Assembly (NCBI GenBank): GCA_050246315.1
Contig: JBFWWG010000006.1
Span: forward strand, 155,002-219,001
DNA length: 64,000 bases
Direction of reading: 5' to 3'
DNA from: Nitrospiraceae bacterium
Lineage (GTDB): Bacteria; Nitrospirota; Nitrospiria; Nitrospirales; Nitrospiraceae
A program made the translations under genes and the position numbers. This document shows positions 10,231 through 20,477 of this stretch, piece after piece (positions within the stretch are counted from its first letter, which is position 1; each line of letters starts with the position of its first letter). The notes below the pieces were generated by a model that saw nothing but the letters and a program-made list of their open reading frames with translations, was not told where the DNA came from and did no database searches.

Positions 10231-10992
10231 CTACATGAATTTCAGAAACTTGTCCTTCGCCTCGTCCATCACCTGAGCGGTGACGGTCGCAGCCCCGCGT
10301 TCCTTGGCCAGCCGTTCGATCTCGCGCCGCGCCATCGGTCGGATGAAGTCGGGGATATTTTCAAGCCGTTGTTCCGCTTCCGCCGTCCAGGTAAGTCCGT
10401 TCGGCTCGCTCTTCGCATCATCCATAACCTGTAGGGTGATGCTGGCAAATCCATGTCGTCTCGCATAGGCTTCCACACTGGCCTGCACCATCGGCTTGAC
10501 AAAGGACGGCAATCGTTCCAACCGCTCCGTCGCATCCGGAGTCCAACTCAACCCTGATGGAGCCGCCTCCGCCTGTTTATTCCCACTTCCCATACCCATC
10601 TGCGCGACAACGGCGGCGAAGGGACAGGACCCGCCAGATTTTTCTCCCTCCTTCGGAGAAGTGGAGACGCCTGGCTTGGGATGGGCTGCCTGATGCGCCG
10701 GTTGCCCGGCCTGGATTTTTTCGTTCAGATAGGTCGCCATCTGCCCCATACCGGCCTTGGCTTCTTCCTTCAGTGTTCCCCGTGTCATCTCAAACGGCTC
10801 GGCCGGAGCCGGTCTTCCGCCGAGCTTCACCCCGAGCGAACTGACCATCTGCGTCTCTCCAGGATTGGTGACCATGGAGAACTTTGCCCCACAGGCCGGG
10901 CAGCCGAAAAACACTCCGAGAGACCCTTCCGCCGGTTGCTCGACCTTCTGGAAGGTCATGTAGGTTTCACAGTTGAGGCAGACGAACTTCAT
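10231..10992 (-). CDS. Zn-ribbon protein with two PCP_red-like (ChlB/BchB C-terminal type) domains
   Basis: CLNC...CPAC at the N-terminus; two repeats WTxxAxxRLExxPxFxxPM...ITxQVMDxAK. Confidence 0.75.
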   Translation of the reverse strand: MKFVCLNCETYMTFQKVEQPAEGSLGVFFGCPACGAKFSMVTNPGETQMVSSLGVKLGGRPAPAEPFEMTRGTLKEEAKAGMGQMATYLNEKIQAGQPAHQAAHPKPGVSTSPKEGEKSGGSCPFAAVVAQMGMGSGNKQAEAAPSGLSWTPDATERLERLPSFVKPMVQASVEAYARRHGFASITLQVMDDAKSEPNGLTWTAEAEQRLENIPDFIRPMARREIERLAKERGAATVTAQVMDEAKDKFLKFM

Positions 10993-11038
10993 GCCAGCAC
11001 CTCGTAATGTCGCACGTCAAAAAAAGATGACGGTGTTT

Positions 11039-11977
11039 CTATAACTTCTCAGCCAAGACCTTTCGGTATTCGGCCAACGTCACAACCCGTTCGGCTATCT
11101 GCCGATACCGTTGCAGAGTGGGATAGCTCTCGTCGAGCAACGGCATTCCTTTGTCGAAGGTCTTAGCCAGAGTTCGGTCGAAGGGAATCCTCCCGAGCAA
11201 CGGCACGTCCAGAGCGTCGCACATGGCCTCAGTGTTGCCTTCGAAAAGTTCGTGCTCCGCCCCGCAGGAGGGGCAGCGATATTGGCTCATATTCTCGACG
11301 ACCCCGAGCACGTTGATGCCCATGTCGCGCGCATAGGTAATCGACTTCTGGACGACATCGGAGGCCACCTCCGACGGCGTGGTTATCACAACGGCGCCCG
11401 CCAGGTCGGGAATAAAGCCGGCGATGACAGGCGGCTTGTCAGCCGCGGCTCCAGGGGGAAGATCCGTGAGCAGGTAGTCCAGCTCCCCCCATATGACATC
11501 GCCGAGAAACTCTCGAATCACATTCATTTCCATCAAACCCAGCCAGACCGGGCTGAGATCCATCGGCCCCTTCCAGCGCACAGGGGAGGTCGCGTCGAGA
11601 AAGAAATCCATCGAGGCGACCTTGATATTCAAGGGTCCGATCGGCGGAAGCGCGCCTTCCGGCGTCAGCGTCAACCGTTGGCCGTGCATCCCCAGCATGC
11701 GGGGGACGCAGGGCCCGTTCAAATCGACGTCCAGCAACCCCACCTTGTAGCCCATCCGGGCCAGGGCCAGCGCGAGATTCACGGTCGTCATGCTCTTGCC
11801 GACCCCGCCTTTCCCGCTCATGACCACCAGCTTGTGCTTGATCCCGGCCATGCGGCCTCGGACCTGCCGCATCTGCGCCGTGATCTGCTCCACGACCTTG
11901 GCATCATCGCGATACTGGAGCTTTGTCAGAATGTCTTTAAGATTTTTGTCCGGCGTCATGGTCGTGGCGTCATTCAT
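11039..11977 (-). CDS. Mrp/ApbC/NBP35 family Fe-S cluster carrier ATPase
   Basis: SGKGGVGKS, DLPPG, VENMS, CPSC. Confidence 0.9.
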   Translation of the reverse strand: MNDATTMTPDKNLKDILTKLQYRDDAKVVEQITAQMRQVRGRMAGIKHKLVVMSGKGGVGKSMTTVNLALALARMGYKVGLLDVDLNGPCVPRMLGMHGQRLTLTPEGALPPIGPLNIKVASMDFFLDATSPVRWKGPMDLSPVWLGLMEMNVIREFLGDVIWGELDYLLTDLPPGAAADKPPVIAGFIPDLAGAVVITTPSEVASDVVQKSITYARDMGINVLGVVENMSQYRCPSCGAEHELFEGNTEAMCDALDVPLLGRIPFDRTLAKTFDKGMPLLDESYPTLQRYRQIAERVVTLAEYRKVLAEKL

Positions 11978-12094
11978 CGCAGAGCACCGTTCGTAACCGG
12001 GCACCGTAGCACAGGCTTTTCGGGAGAGTCAAACCGCAGAAGTGTGATTGGCTCGACATCCTCCATTGCCACGGATCGGTCGATCCCTTGATCT

Positions 12095-13936
12095 TCAAAT
12101 GGAATATTGCGCAGAGGGCGCGCCTCCCTCCTGACGGGAAAGGATGCCGCGGCCCTTCAGCTCGGCAATGATCTGCTTCGCGATGGCTTCAAAATCTTTC
12201 GGACCCGCATACGCCAGATCAGTCCCAGGCGGAGGCACCTCCGATTGATTGGACAAATGCACCGTGATGACCGGCGTCGGCTGAACCAGAGTCCGGACAT
12301 CCTGGTGGTCTGCACGGCTGAACGTGTTCGTCGTCGAAATCACGATCAGGCCGGCATCCGTGATGAGACGGGCGACTTCGCCGAACCGCCGGACCAACTC
12401 CTTTTCCTTCGCATCTCCATCGCGCACGTCGCTGTCGAGGCCGTGCCGGAGATTCTGTCCGTCCAACAGGTAGGCGTGCCGTCCTTCGGCGATCAGGCGG
12501 ACCTCCAGCCGGCGGGCCAGGAAGGATTTGCCGGCATGGGCGCCTCCGGCGATCAACACCATCGCCGCACGGTGCCCGAACACCGACGCTCGTTCGTCCG
12601 GACTCACATCCCCCTTCACCCAGGCGATGTCTCGCCGCCGAGCCTCCTCGCGGAGCTGGGTCTGGTCATCCTTAAGCCCCTCGGTAATGATGCCGCCGCC
12701 CGACACATCGAACTGGTCTACGAGCACGAAACGTCCGGTGACATCGGAGTCCGAGTAGCGATCGAACGCGATCGGCGACTTGGTGCGGATGGTCAACTCG
12801 GCGACTTCGTTTCGGGCAACCGAGGTGTGGACCTGCTTCGCATCCAGATCCTGTGTGTCGATAATGCGATGGATGGTCGCGACCTCGCAGTCCACTTCGC
12901 GGGTGGCCAGACGCAGGAGATACTTCCGACCGATTTCCAGCGGCCTCCGCCCCATCCAGAACAAATTGCACCGCAACATCGTCGAAACCTGCGGCACGGT
13001 TTCCTGGTGGGACGCCATCTCGCCTCGCTCGACGAAGATCTGCTCATCCAGCGTGATGCCGGTGGATTGGCCGGCCCTCGCCTCGGTGGGAACGGGATCA
13101 ACGTTGAAGGCTTCGATGGTCCGGACCACTGCGGACTTGTTGGAAGGTGAGAACAACAGGCGGTCTCCGACCTTGAGGACCCCGCTGGCGATGCGCCCTG
13201 CGAGAATACGCCGCGCGTCAAACTTGTAGACGTCCTGCACCGGGAATCGCAGCGGCTGCTGTTCGCGCGCCGTCTCCTTGGTGAAGGATTCCAGCATTTG
13301 AAGCACGGTCGGCCCGCTGTACCATGGCATCTGGCCGCTCGGCTGCGCGATATTGTCTCCCAGCTTCGCGCTGACGGGGATGAACCGCTCCGGCTTCACC
13401 TTCAGTTGCGCCAGAAACTCACTGTATTCCTGTTCGATGCGGACAAAGGTGTCCTGACGGTACCCGACCAGATCCATCTTGTTCACGACCACGGCCACCT
13501 GTTTCACGCCGAGCAGAGAGAGGAGGTAGCCGTGCTTTTTGGATTGCTCTTTGACACCCTCGTGGGCATCAATCAGCAGTAACGCCGCTTCCGCCCGCGC
13601 GGCGCCCGAGACCATGTTCTTGAGAAACTCCTTGTGGCCTGGCGCATCGATAATGATGTATTGCCGGTTCTTCCATGAAAAGAAGGTGCGGGCCGTGTCG
13701 ATCGTGATCCCCTGTTCCTGTTCCTCCAGAAAGGCATCGAACAGAAACGCGTATTCGAACTCCTTGCCCTGTTGGCGGCAGATCGCCTGGACCTTTTCCA
13801 GCTTCCCATCCGGCAACGAGCCGGTATCGGCGTAAAGTCGGCCGACGAGGGTTGACTTGCCATGGTCCACATGGCCGACGATGACGATATTCAGATGGGC
13901 GTGAGAAACGTGGGGGTCGGTTGCAGTCGTCATCAT
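12095..13936 (-). CDS. cysN: Sulfate adenylyltransferase large subunit with a C-terminal APS-kinase-like domain
   Basis: [28 protein letters not shown]-terminal [10 protein letters not shown]. Confidence 0.92.
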   Translation of the reverse strand: MMTTATDPHVSHAHLNIVIVGHVDHGKSTLVGRLYADTGSLPDGKLEKVQAICRQQGKEFEYAFLFDAFLEEQEQGITIDTARTFFSWKNRQYIIIDAPGHKEFLKNMVSGAARAEAALLLIDAHEGVKEQSKKHGYLLSLLGVKQVAVVVNKMDLVGYRQDTFVRIEQEYSEFLAQLKVKPERFIPVSAKLGDNIAQPSGQMPWYSGPTVLQMLESFTKETAREQQPLRFPVQDVYKFDARRILAGRIASGVLKVGDRLLFSPSNKSAVVRTIEAFNVDPVPTEARAGQSTGITLDEQIFVERGEMASHQETVPQVSTMLRCNLFWMGRRPLEIGRKYLLRLATREVDCEVATIHRIIDTQDLDAKQVHTSVARNEVAELTIRTKSPIAFDRYSDSDVTGRFVLVDQFDVSGGGIITEGLKDDQTQLREEARRRDIAWVKGDVSPDERASVFGHRAAMVLIAGGAHAGKSFLARRLEVRLIAEGRHAYLLDGQNLRHGLDSDVRDGDAKEKELVRRFGEVARLITDAGLIVISTTNTFSRADHQDVRTLVQPTPVITVHLSNQSEVPPPGTDLAYAGPKDFEAIAKQIIAELKGRGILSRQEGGAPSAQYSI

Positions 13937-13950
13937 CGTATGCTTCCTAA

Positions 13951-14237
13951 CAGGATGATCAAACAGGTTGTCCTTCTCACCCGCCCACCCCGGCGCGCCA
14001 CCTCATTGCGCTCGTGCATGGGACACCTGTCATGAGATTTCCAGCAGGATGATTCAAAAGGCCCGTCAGCGCGGCCGCAGAGCTCGTCGAACCCCTAGAA
14101 ATCTCATAGACGAAGAACGCTCAAAACGGTTCCCCAGTGAGGCCGCAAGGAGCGAAAACCACGAGGCGTAGCCTTTTCCTACGTTGAGAGGTTTGAGCGA
14201 CTGAGAACAAAACTGGGGGTCGTTTTCAGCGTTCTTC
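13951..14237 (+). repeat. Composite of MITE-like repeat fragments plus one complete diverged unit (14112-14237)
   Basis: CAGGATG-starting fragments at 13951 and 14045; unit with inverted ends GAAGAACGCTCAAAACG/CGTTTTCAGCGTTCTTC and a core homologous to 35951-36074. Confidence 0.75.
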
Positions 14238-14238
14238 A

Positions 14239-15036
14239 TCACATGTATCCGTCCTTGCGAAGCATCTCCATGCCCCGCCCCTCGTCCTGCGCCCGGCCCG
14301 CCCGCTCTGCGGTCTTGGTGCGCCGCAGCTCATCGATAATGTCATCGACAGTCTTGGCGGTCGAACGGATGGGAGCGGTGCAGGGTGCGCAGCCCAAGCT
14401 GCGATACCGGATGCCCTCCCCTCTGTCGAGGTAGAGATCGATGAATGGAATGCTCTCCAACTTGATGTATTCCCAAATGTTGACTTCCGTCCAATCCAAC
14501 AGCGGATGGATGCGGATATGGGTGCCAGGCGGGAACGATGTTTTGAATTGATCCCACAGTTCGGGCGGCTGCTCCCGGAAGTCCCACTCTCCATGCTTGT
14601 CTCGGGGGGAAAAATACCGCTCTTTGGCCCTGGTGGCCTCTTCGTCGGCTCGTACGCCGAGAATAATCCCGGTGTAGCCGTTTTTCTCGATGAGCTGCTT
14701 CAGCCCGTTCGTTTTCAACGCCGTGCAGCAGACCTGCCGCCCCAGCGTGTGGTTCATACCGGCTGCCAACGCTTCCGTGTTCTGCCCCACCACCAGATTG
14801 AGCCGCCACTCGCGGGCCAACCGGTCACGGTATTCGATCATGGCTGGAATTTTGAAACTCGTGTCCACATGGAGCAGAGGAAACGGGACATGCCCGAAAA
14901 AGGCTTTGCGCGCCAGCCACAAGAGCACGGTCGAATCCTTCCCCATCGACCAGAGCATCGCCAGATTGTCGAAGTGCTTGTAGGCCTCTCGGAGAATGAA
15001 CACGCTCTGATCTTCCAGTTGCCGGAGATGCTTCAT
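14239..15036 (-). CDS. cysD: Sulfate adenylyltransferase small subunit
   Basis: [11 protein letters not shown]-loop, [20 protein letters not shown]. Confidence 0.96.
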   Translation of the reverse strand: MKHLRQLEDQSVFILREAYKHFDNLAMLWSMGKDSTVLLWLARKAFFGHVPFPLLHVDTSFKIPAMIEYRDRLAREWRLNLVVGQNTEALAAGMNHTLGRQVCCTALKTNGLKQLIEKNGYTGIILGVRADEEATRAKERYFSPRDKHGEWDFREQPPELWDQFKTSFPPGTHIRIHPLLDWTEVNIWEYIKLESIPFIDLYLDRGEGIRYRSLGCAPCTAPIRSTAKTVDDIIDELRRTKTAERAGRAQDEGRGMEMLRKDGYM

Positions 15037-15060
15037 CGATGGTGTCCCTTTCGCCCGCTC

Positions 15061-16119
15061 CTACCCAGTCCGCACTCGCGATCCAGGAGTCGCCGCACCG
15101 ATCTCTGCCAATGCCCGCAGCTTGTCACGCGCCGCCCCGCGATCGATCATCTCGTTCGCCAACGGCACTCCTACGGCAATTGAAGGGATCACGCCGCTTC
15201 CATACAGCAGCATGGCGGCATTCAGCACCACCCAATCCCGCGGCCCGCCCTTGACTTCGCCCTGGAGAATCTTCACGAGCAGCGCGGCCTCTTGTTGCCG
15301 CTGCGACGGTGCGAAACCGGCCATGTCTCGCGTGGTACCCAGCGACAGGCCCACATCTTTCGGGTGGAGCGCCACGGGAATGAGCCTGCCGTCCCGTAGC
15401 TCGACAATCCGGGTCAGCGATGCGATCGACAGCTCCGGCTCGCCTTCCACTCCTCGCATGACCATGGCGTGGGATGCGCCCAACATATTCATGGCCTCCA
15501 CCGTCTTGTCGAAATAAGGTGGATGGGCCATGCCGATCACCTGGCAGCGGGCCCGCGCCGGATTGATCATGCGCGCCACCGGATGAAAACAATTCCGCAA
15601 CCCCAACTCCCGGCGAAGGTCGAGAAATCGCGCCAATGGAGGATGGTAGTTCGCCATGTCGAGATACGCGAACCCCTTGGCGAGCAGCGCTTCGCTCACC
15701 GCCAAGGGTCCAAGGTCGGTGGGAATGCCCAACTGACCCAATACCGCCATGGGGCCAGGCCGCTCCGGCGTCCCTTCCCACCCATGCACGAGTACGGACG
15801 CGCCGGCCGAGGCCGCTACAATAGCCGCGCCGACGCCCGCGTAAAAGGTGTCGCGTTTGCCCGCGTAGCAGGGCACGTCCACCATATTCAGACCGGCAAG
15901 GCCGGCAAGCGGCGGAACATATTGGCGCGCCACCGCGGTAAAGGCGGCCAATTCGCCGACTGATTCTCCCTTCATCCGCATGGCCATCAAAAAGGCCCCG
16001 GTCTGGGCCGGAGTGGCCGTCCCCTCGATCAGCAGGCTCATCGCCTGCTTGGCCTCGTCCCAGGTCAAATCTTTGGAGGTCTTGGCCCCCTTTCCCACCT
16101 TGGCGATGAAGGTCTGCAT
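15061..16119 (-). CDS. Anthranilate phosphoribosyltransferase-like protein (TrpD2/YbiB-like)
   Basis: GKGAKTSKDLT, GAFLMAMRMKGE, YAGKR, RRELGLRN, GVEGEPE; lacks the TrpD GTGGD PRPP loop. Confidence 0.8.
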   Translation of the reverse strand: MQTFIAKVGKGAKTSKDLTWDEAKQAMSLLIEGTATPAQTGAFLMAMRMKGESVGELAAFTAVARQYVPPLAGLAGLNMVDVPCYAGKRDTFYAGVGAAIVAASAGASVLVHGWEGTPERPGPMAVLGQLGIPTDLGPLAVSEALLAKGFAYLDMANYHPPLARFLDLRRELGLRNCFHPVARMINPARARCQVIGMAHPPYFDKTVEAMNMLGASHAMVMRGVEGEPELSIASLTRIVELRDGRLIPVALHPKDVGLSLGTTRDMAGFAPSQRQQEAALLVKILQGEVKGGPRDWVVLNAAMLLYGSGVIPSIAVGVPLANEMIDRGAARDKLRALAEIGAATPGSRVRTG

Positions 16120-16532
16120 CAAAACGCCACCACCTGGTCGGCCGCACTGATACCTTCCTTCCAAAAGGCATCCAATCCCTGCACCTCGTCAATCTCGGCG
16201 ATGACCTGATCCACAGTGATGTCGAAGTAGGCCAGCGAATCACGGCAGATGGAAAATTTCACGTCGCCTTGTTCCTTCATCCCGCGGATCAGCGCGGCCA
16301 GATCATGCCGCTGTTGCTCCTTCAGCAGATTCTTCACGCGCGTTTCTCGCCCACGATAGGCGTCAGAAAACGGGATGTCGCGGACCTTATCCTTGGTCAT
16401 GCGGGAGGCCGCTTCATCTCGGAAGAGCACGCTGACCTGTACGCCATGTTGCGTGGCCGCACCGGCGAACTCCAGCGCCTGCAGCAGCCGGTTGTATGTC
16501 CCGGTGGTCACGAGGACGGCGAGTTTTTTCAC
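16119..16532 (-). CDS. DsrE/DsrF-like sulfur-relay family protein
   Basis: KLAVLV..G..., VSVLF, single conserved-looking Cys (ICRDSL); size and operon context. Confidence 0.65.
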   Translation of the reverse strand: MKKLAVLVTTGTYNRLLQALEFAGAATQHGVQVSVLFRDEAASRMTKDKVRDIPFSDAYRGRETRVKNLLKEQQRHDLAALIRGMKEQGDVKFSICRDSLAYFDITVDQVIAEIDEVQGLDAFWKEGISAADQVVAF

Positions 16533-16584
16533 GAGACGCGCCTCTGGTTCTCACTCATTGGATGCTCGGACAGGATGATGCCGG

Positions 16585-17304
16585 TTACTTGTGGAGCCCG
16601 CACTCGGTCTTGCCGAGATGCTTCCATCGTCCGGAGCGCGGATCTTCCCCGTTGCCCACCGGAGCCGTGCAATGAGTACAGCCGATGCTCGGATAATTCC
16701 TATCATGCAGCGCATTGTACGGGACCTCGTGCAGACGAACATAGGTCCATACCTCGTCGCTCGTCCAACGGGCCAACGGATTGACCTTGACCAACTCGAA
16801 TTTCCGATCCCACTCGATGATGCCGGCCCCGGCCCTCGTCGGAGCCTGGTCCCGGCGAATGCCCGTGATCCATGCCCGGTAATCCCTGAGCACGCGCGTC
16901 AGCGGTTCGATCTTGCGCAGACCGCAGCATCGATCCGCCCCCTCCGGCCTCTGAGCCCACAGGGCCTCTCCATATTGACGGGCCTGAGCCTCAGGCGTCA
17001 GTAACGGCCTCATCCGGATGACCTGGTCCGGCTTGAGCCCGTACCGCTCGATGATGCGGTCCCGTACATCATAGGTCTCAGGAAACAGAAAATCCGTATC
17101 CAGATAAAACAGTGGCGTGGAGGGATCGATCCGGTGGATCATGTCGATCAAGGCCACGTCTTCCAGTCCGAAACTACAGGCGAGGACGATTCGAGGCGCA
17201 TAGCGCGGCAACACCTCGACTAACACCTCCCACGGTTGTTTCGACTCGAGCGAGTCGCTCAGCTCCTTCAACTCTCTCTCCGATGGTCTGACCGGTTCCG
17301 TCAT
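16585..17304 (-). CDS. cysH: APS/PAPS reductase (Fe-S-containing APS reductase type)
   Basis: SFGLED, RCCGLRK, SIGCTHCT, C-terminal ECGLH. Confidence 0.95.
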   Translation of the reverse strand: MTEPVRPSERELKELSDSLESKQPWEVLVEVLPRYAPRIVLACSFGLEDVALIDMIHRIDPSTPLFYLDTDFLFPETYDVRDRIIERYGLKPDQVIRMRPLLTPEAQARQYGEALWAQRPEGADRCCGLRKIEPLTRVLRDYRAWITGIRRDQAPTRAGAGIIEWDRKFELVKVNPLARWTSDEVWTYVRLHEVPYNALHDRNYPSIGCTHCTAPVGNGEDPRSGRWKHLGKTECGLHK

Positions 17305-17444
17305 CGTTCGCCTCTGCCCGCTTCAAGCCATCTGGACCGGCATCGGCCCCGATCGCATCGATCGTCAATGGTCACTGGTCAGTAGCACCACGAGCCGGGC
17401 GTCCACTCTCACCGAGTGACCACTGACTGATGAACATTGACCCA

Positions 17445-19955
17445 TCATGCCTCCACCTTCTCAACCAGGATCTTGAAGTGCGCCGCCGGCGCGTTCGGCA
17501 CGTCCGGATCGAGCGGCTGCTCCGATAACACCCTGTGCCCGTCGTTGCGCAAACTCATCGGGACATTGCGAATCGGCTCTCCGGCGTCCAACCAGACCTC
17601 GAGTCGCTCACCGGTCTCCATCATTTCGAGTTTGAGCTTGGTCTTGACATAGTTCATCGGGCAGGCAACCCCACGAAGATCGTAGACCGGTGCCGCAGAG
17701 CGCTCCGACGCCGGCGCAGCGCTCACCGCCGCCTCCCCGGTGTCTGCCTGCGTCGAGGATAAATCTGTCGCGGACGCTTTCAGTTTCAGATCCTTTCCAA
17801 TCCCCTCCGTGGCGTTGCGGCACGCGTCGATGAACCCCTTGGCAAAATCGAGCCGTGCCCGTGCGAATTCCGCAGTGGCGTCCTTCGGTCCGAGATCGCC
17901 GCAGCGTTCCTGCAAATTCCGGTAGGCAGGAGGGATCACCCCCTTGCTGGCCAGCCGAGACTCGAACTCGCGGAATGTGTCGACATCGGTCGCCGGTTCG
18001 ATGCCCTCTGTCACGAGAAGCGCTTTGGCGCAGGCGAGGATGGCCCGGTAGGCCTTATTGACGGCCACCGGATACTGATGTTTTTCCAACAGCAATGTCG
18101 CCTGGTAACACTCCTGCTCGGCCTCCAGCATTTGGTTGTCGATCAATTCGAGAGCGCCGCCGGCGCACTCTCCCGGCCCCAAGTCCTCGAGCACAAATTC
18201 TTTCTCCCCTTCCCAATCATAATAGTAGGTCGCGTCCTCCTCGAACGACGGGAGAATCGTGTGGGGAATCAATGCATCCTTGAGCTTGGCCTTGCCGACC
18301 CGAGCGACAAAGGTCGGTAAGGTTTCGGTACCCTGACGGTCCCGGCGGAAGACCTCGATCAGATGTGCCACCGCCGCCGGCACGTTCTTCGCCGGCAGTT
18401 TGACGACGAGTTGGCCGATACGGGCCGTGCCGTTCACCGCGCCTCCGATGTGCAACTCATAATGCGGCGCGGTATGGTCCCCGATGCGCTTACCGACACC
18501 GTGCAGCCCGATCGTGGCAATGTGGTGCTGGGCACACGAATTGTGGCAACCGCTGATCTTGATGCTGGTGCCCTTGAGATCGTCGGGGACGGAGCCCGCG
18601 GGGAACACTTCCGCCAAGGCTCTCGCCAGACCCTTCGACGAGGTGATCCCGAGGCCACAGGTATCCGTGCCGGGGCAGGCCACGATGTCCTCCACGAGTT
18701 CCGCTCCCGGTTCGGCGAGCCCGTGCGCGGCCAGCAGATCATAGAGAGCAGGTAATCTTGAGTCCGGCACCCAGCGGATAATGAGATTCTGACTGATCGT
18801 GGTCCGTAGATTGCCGTTCGCGAACTGCTCGGCAGCATCGGCCAGAATGTACATCTGATCGACGGTGGCATCTCCCATGGGAAGTTTGACAAACACGGCC
18901 GCGTAGCCCGGCTGTTTTTGGGCCAAGACGTTGGTGCGTCTCCATCGGTCATAGGCTTCGACTTCTGTGAGATGCGCGCCCGACACATGCCCGTTGCCAT
19001 GGCCACCGGTCTGCCCGCCATTTCTGGACGGCATGATCAGCGGACCCGGATCATCCCGATACTCAAGCACGCGGAGGGGTTCCGTCCGAACAGCTCCGTG
19101 CGTCATCGAGGCATAGGCCGCTTCCCAACGCCGCTTGAACTCGTCGAACCCGAGCTTGTCGATGACGAATTTCATCCTCGCCTTGTGCCGGTTCTTGCGG
19201 TTGCCGAGTTGGTCGAACACCTTGATCACCGCCTCGATCGTGGGAATCAATTCGGGCATCGGCACGAAGTCGCGCAACACCTGCGCGATGCGCGGCGTCG
19301 ATCCAAGCCCTCCGCCGACGACCATCCGAAACCCGATATCGCCGTTGGAGTGTCGCGCTGCGAGCAATCCGATATCGTGAATCGGCGTCAAGGCGCAGTC
19401 ATGGGCACAGCCGGAAAGGGCGATCTTGAACTTCCGCGGCAGGCTCTGGGTCAACGGGTTGCGCAGGAGATGCAGCGCGACGGTCTTGGCGTAGGGCGTG
19501 ACGTCGAAGACCTCACCGGCGCAGACCCCTGCCAGGTGGCAGGCCGTGACGTTGCGGACGGTATTGGCGCAGGCTTCCCTCGTCGTGAGACCGACTTCGG
19601 CCAAACCGCGCATCATCGTGCCGACATGCTTCAGTTCGGCATAATGGAGTTGGATGTCTTGTCTGGTCGTCACATGGGCGACCCCTGTCGTGTAATGCTC
19701 GGCCAACTCGGCAATCCGACGTAATTGGTTGCCGGTCAGCCCACCGAACGGAATCTTGATGCGAAACATTTGGACGCCGGGTTGCCGTTGTCCATAGATC
19801 CCATGCTGGAGGCGGAAGGGTTTGAAGAGATCGCCGGACAGGTCGCCCGACAGCACCCGTTGCGCCTCGATCTCGAAGGCTTCAATCTCTTCGAGAATAT
19901 TCTGTGGAATGGGCGTGGTCTGTACTGGCACGCGTTGTATGGTGGCTGTGGTCAT
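17445..19955 (-). CDS. Siroheme sulfite/nitrite reductase fused to HEPN and TusA/SirA domains
   Basis: LPRKFKIALSGC, TTRQDIQ, CPGTDTC...SGCHNSC; then a HEPN-like helix block and YDLRGVACPMNYVKTKL. Confidence 0.88.
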   Translation of the reverse strand: MTTATIQRVPVQTTPIPQNILEEIEAFEIEAQRVLSGDLSGDLFKPFRLQHGIYGQRQPGVQMFRIKIPFGGLTGNQLRRIAELAEHYTTGVAHVTTRQDIQLHYAELKHVGTMMRGLAEVGLTTREACANTVRNVTACHLAGVCAGEVFDVTPYAKTVALHLLRNPLTQSLPRKFKIALSGCAHDCALTPIHDIGLLAARHSNGDIGFRMVVGGGLGSTPRIAQVLRDFVPMPELIPTIEAVIKVFDQLGNRKNRHKARMKFVIDKLGFDEFKRRWEAAYASMTHGAVRTEPLRVLEYRDDPGPLIMPSRNGGQTGGHGNGHVSGAHLTEVEAYDRWRRTNVLAQKQPGYAAVFVKLPMGDATVDQMYILADAAEQFANGNLRTTISQNLIIRWVPDSRLPALYDLLAAHGLAEPGAELVEDIVACPGTDTCGLGITSSKGLARALAEVFPAGSVPDDLKGTSIKISGCHNSCAQHHIATIGLHGVGKRIGDHTAPHYELHIGGAVNGTARIGQLVVKLPAKNVPAAVAHLIEVFRRDRQGTETLPTFVARVGKAKLKDALIPHTILPSFEEDATYYYDWEGEKEFVLEDLGPGECAGGALELIDNQMLEAEQECYQATLLLEKHQYPVAVNKAYRAILACAKALLVTEGIEPATDVDTFREFESRLASKGVIPPAYRNLQERCGDLGPKDATAEFARARLDFAKGFIDACRNATEGIGKDLKLKASATDLSSTQADTGEAAVSAAPASERSAAPVYDLRGVACPMNYVKTKLKLEMMETGERLEVWLDAGEPIRNVPMSLRNDGHRVLSEQPLDPDVPNAPAAHFKILVEKVEA

Positions 19956-20019
19956 CGTCGTCCCTCTCGGCGCCATGAGATACAGGCGCGCATCCGCCGC
20001 AATCGTCCGTCGATCGCGA

Positions 20020-20466
20020 CTAAATGTGGTACATCTGGCTGTCCGCCCGGTGGGTCATTCGATAGCGATCAATCAATTCTTGAAGCGTGATGCGGTTGAG
20101 CACGTCATTTTCCGCCTGGCGAAGTCGCTCCGTCACGACACGGAGCAGCCCATCGATCTGACTGGGTCCGTGCAGGTGCGCCGGCCCCCTTGCTGCCATC
20201 CGTCCTACGATCGGACCTTCGACAGATTCCACGATTTGCGCCAGGGAAATTTCAGCCGGTTGCTTCACCAAGAGATAGCCCCCTTGCGCTCCGCGCACAC
20301 TGTCAATCAGGCCCGCCCGCTTCATCGCATTCAGCACATGTTCCAGAAAGCGCGCAGGGATGGATTGTCGCCGCGCGATGGTTCGAGCCTGAACCGGGTT
20401 GGATCCGCCGTAGAGCGCCAGGTCGATGATGACCAAAATCGCGTAATTGATTCGCTTACTTATCAT
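20020..20466 (-). CDS. Rrf2 family transcriptional regulator (CymR-like, no Cys)
   Basis: YAIL...DLA, IARRQSIP..FLE, SVRGAQGGYLL, VEG. Confidence 0.92.
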   Translation of the reverse strand: MISKRINYAILVIIDLALYGGSNPVQARTIARRQSIPARFLEHVLNAMKRAGLIDSVRGAQGGYLLVKQPAEISLAQIVESVEGPIVGRMAARGPAHLHGPSQIDGLLRVVTERLRQAENDVLNRITLQELIDRYRMTHRADSQMYHI

Positions 20467-20477
20467 GCAATGAGATA

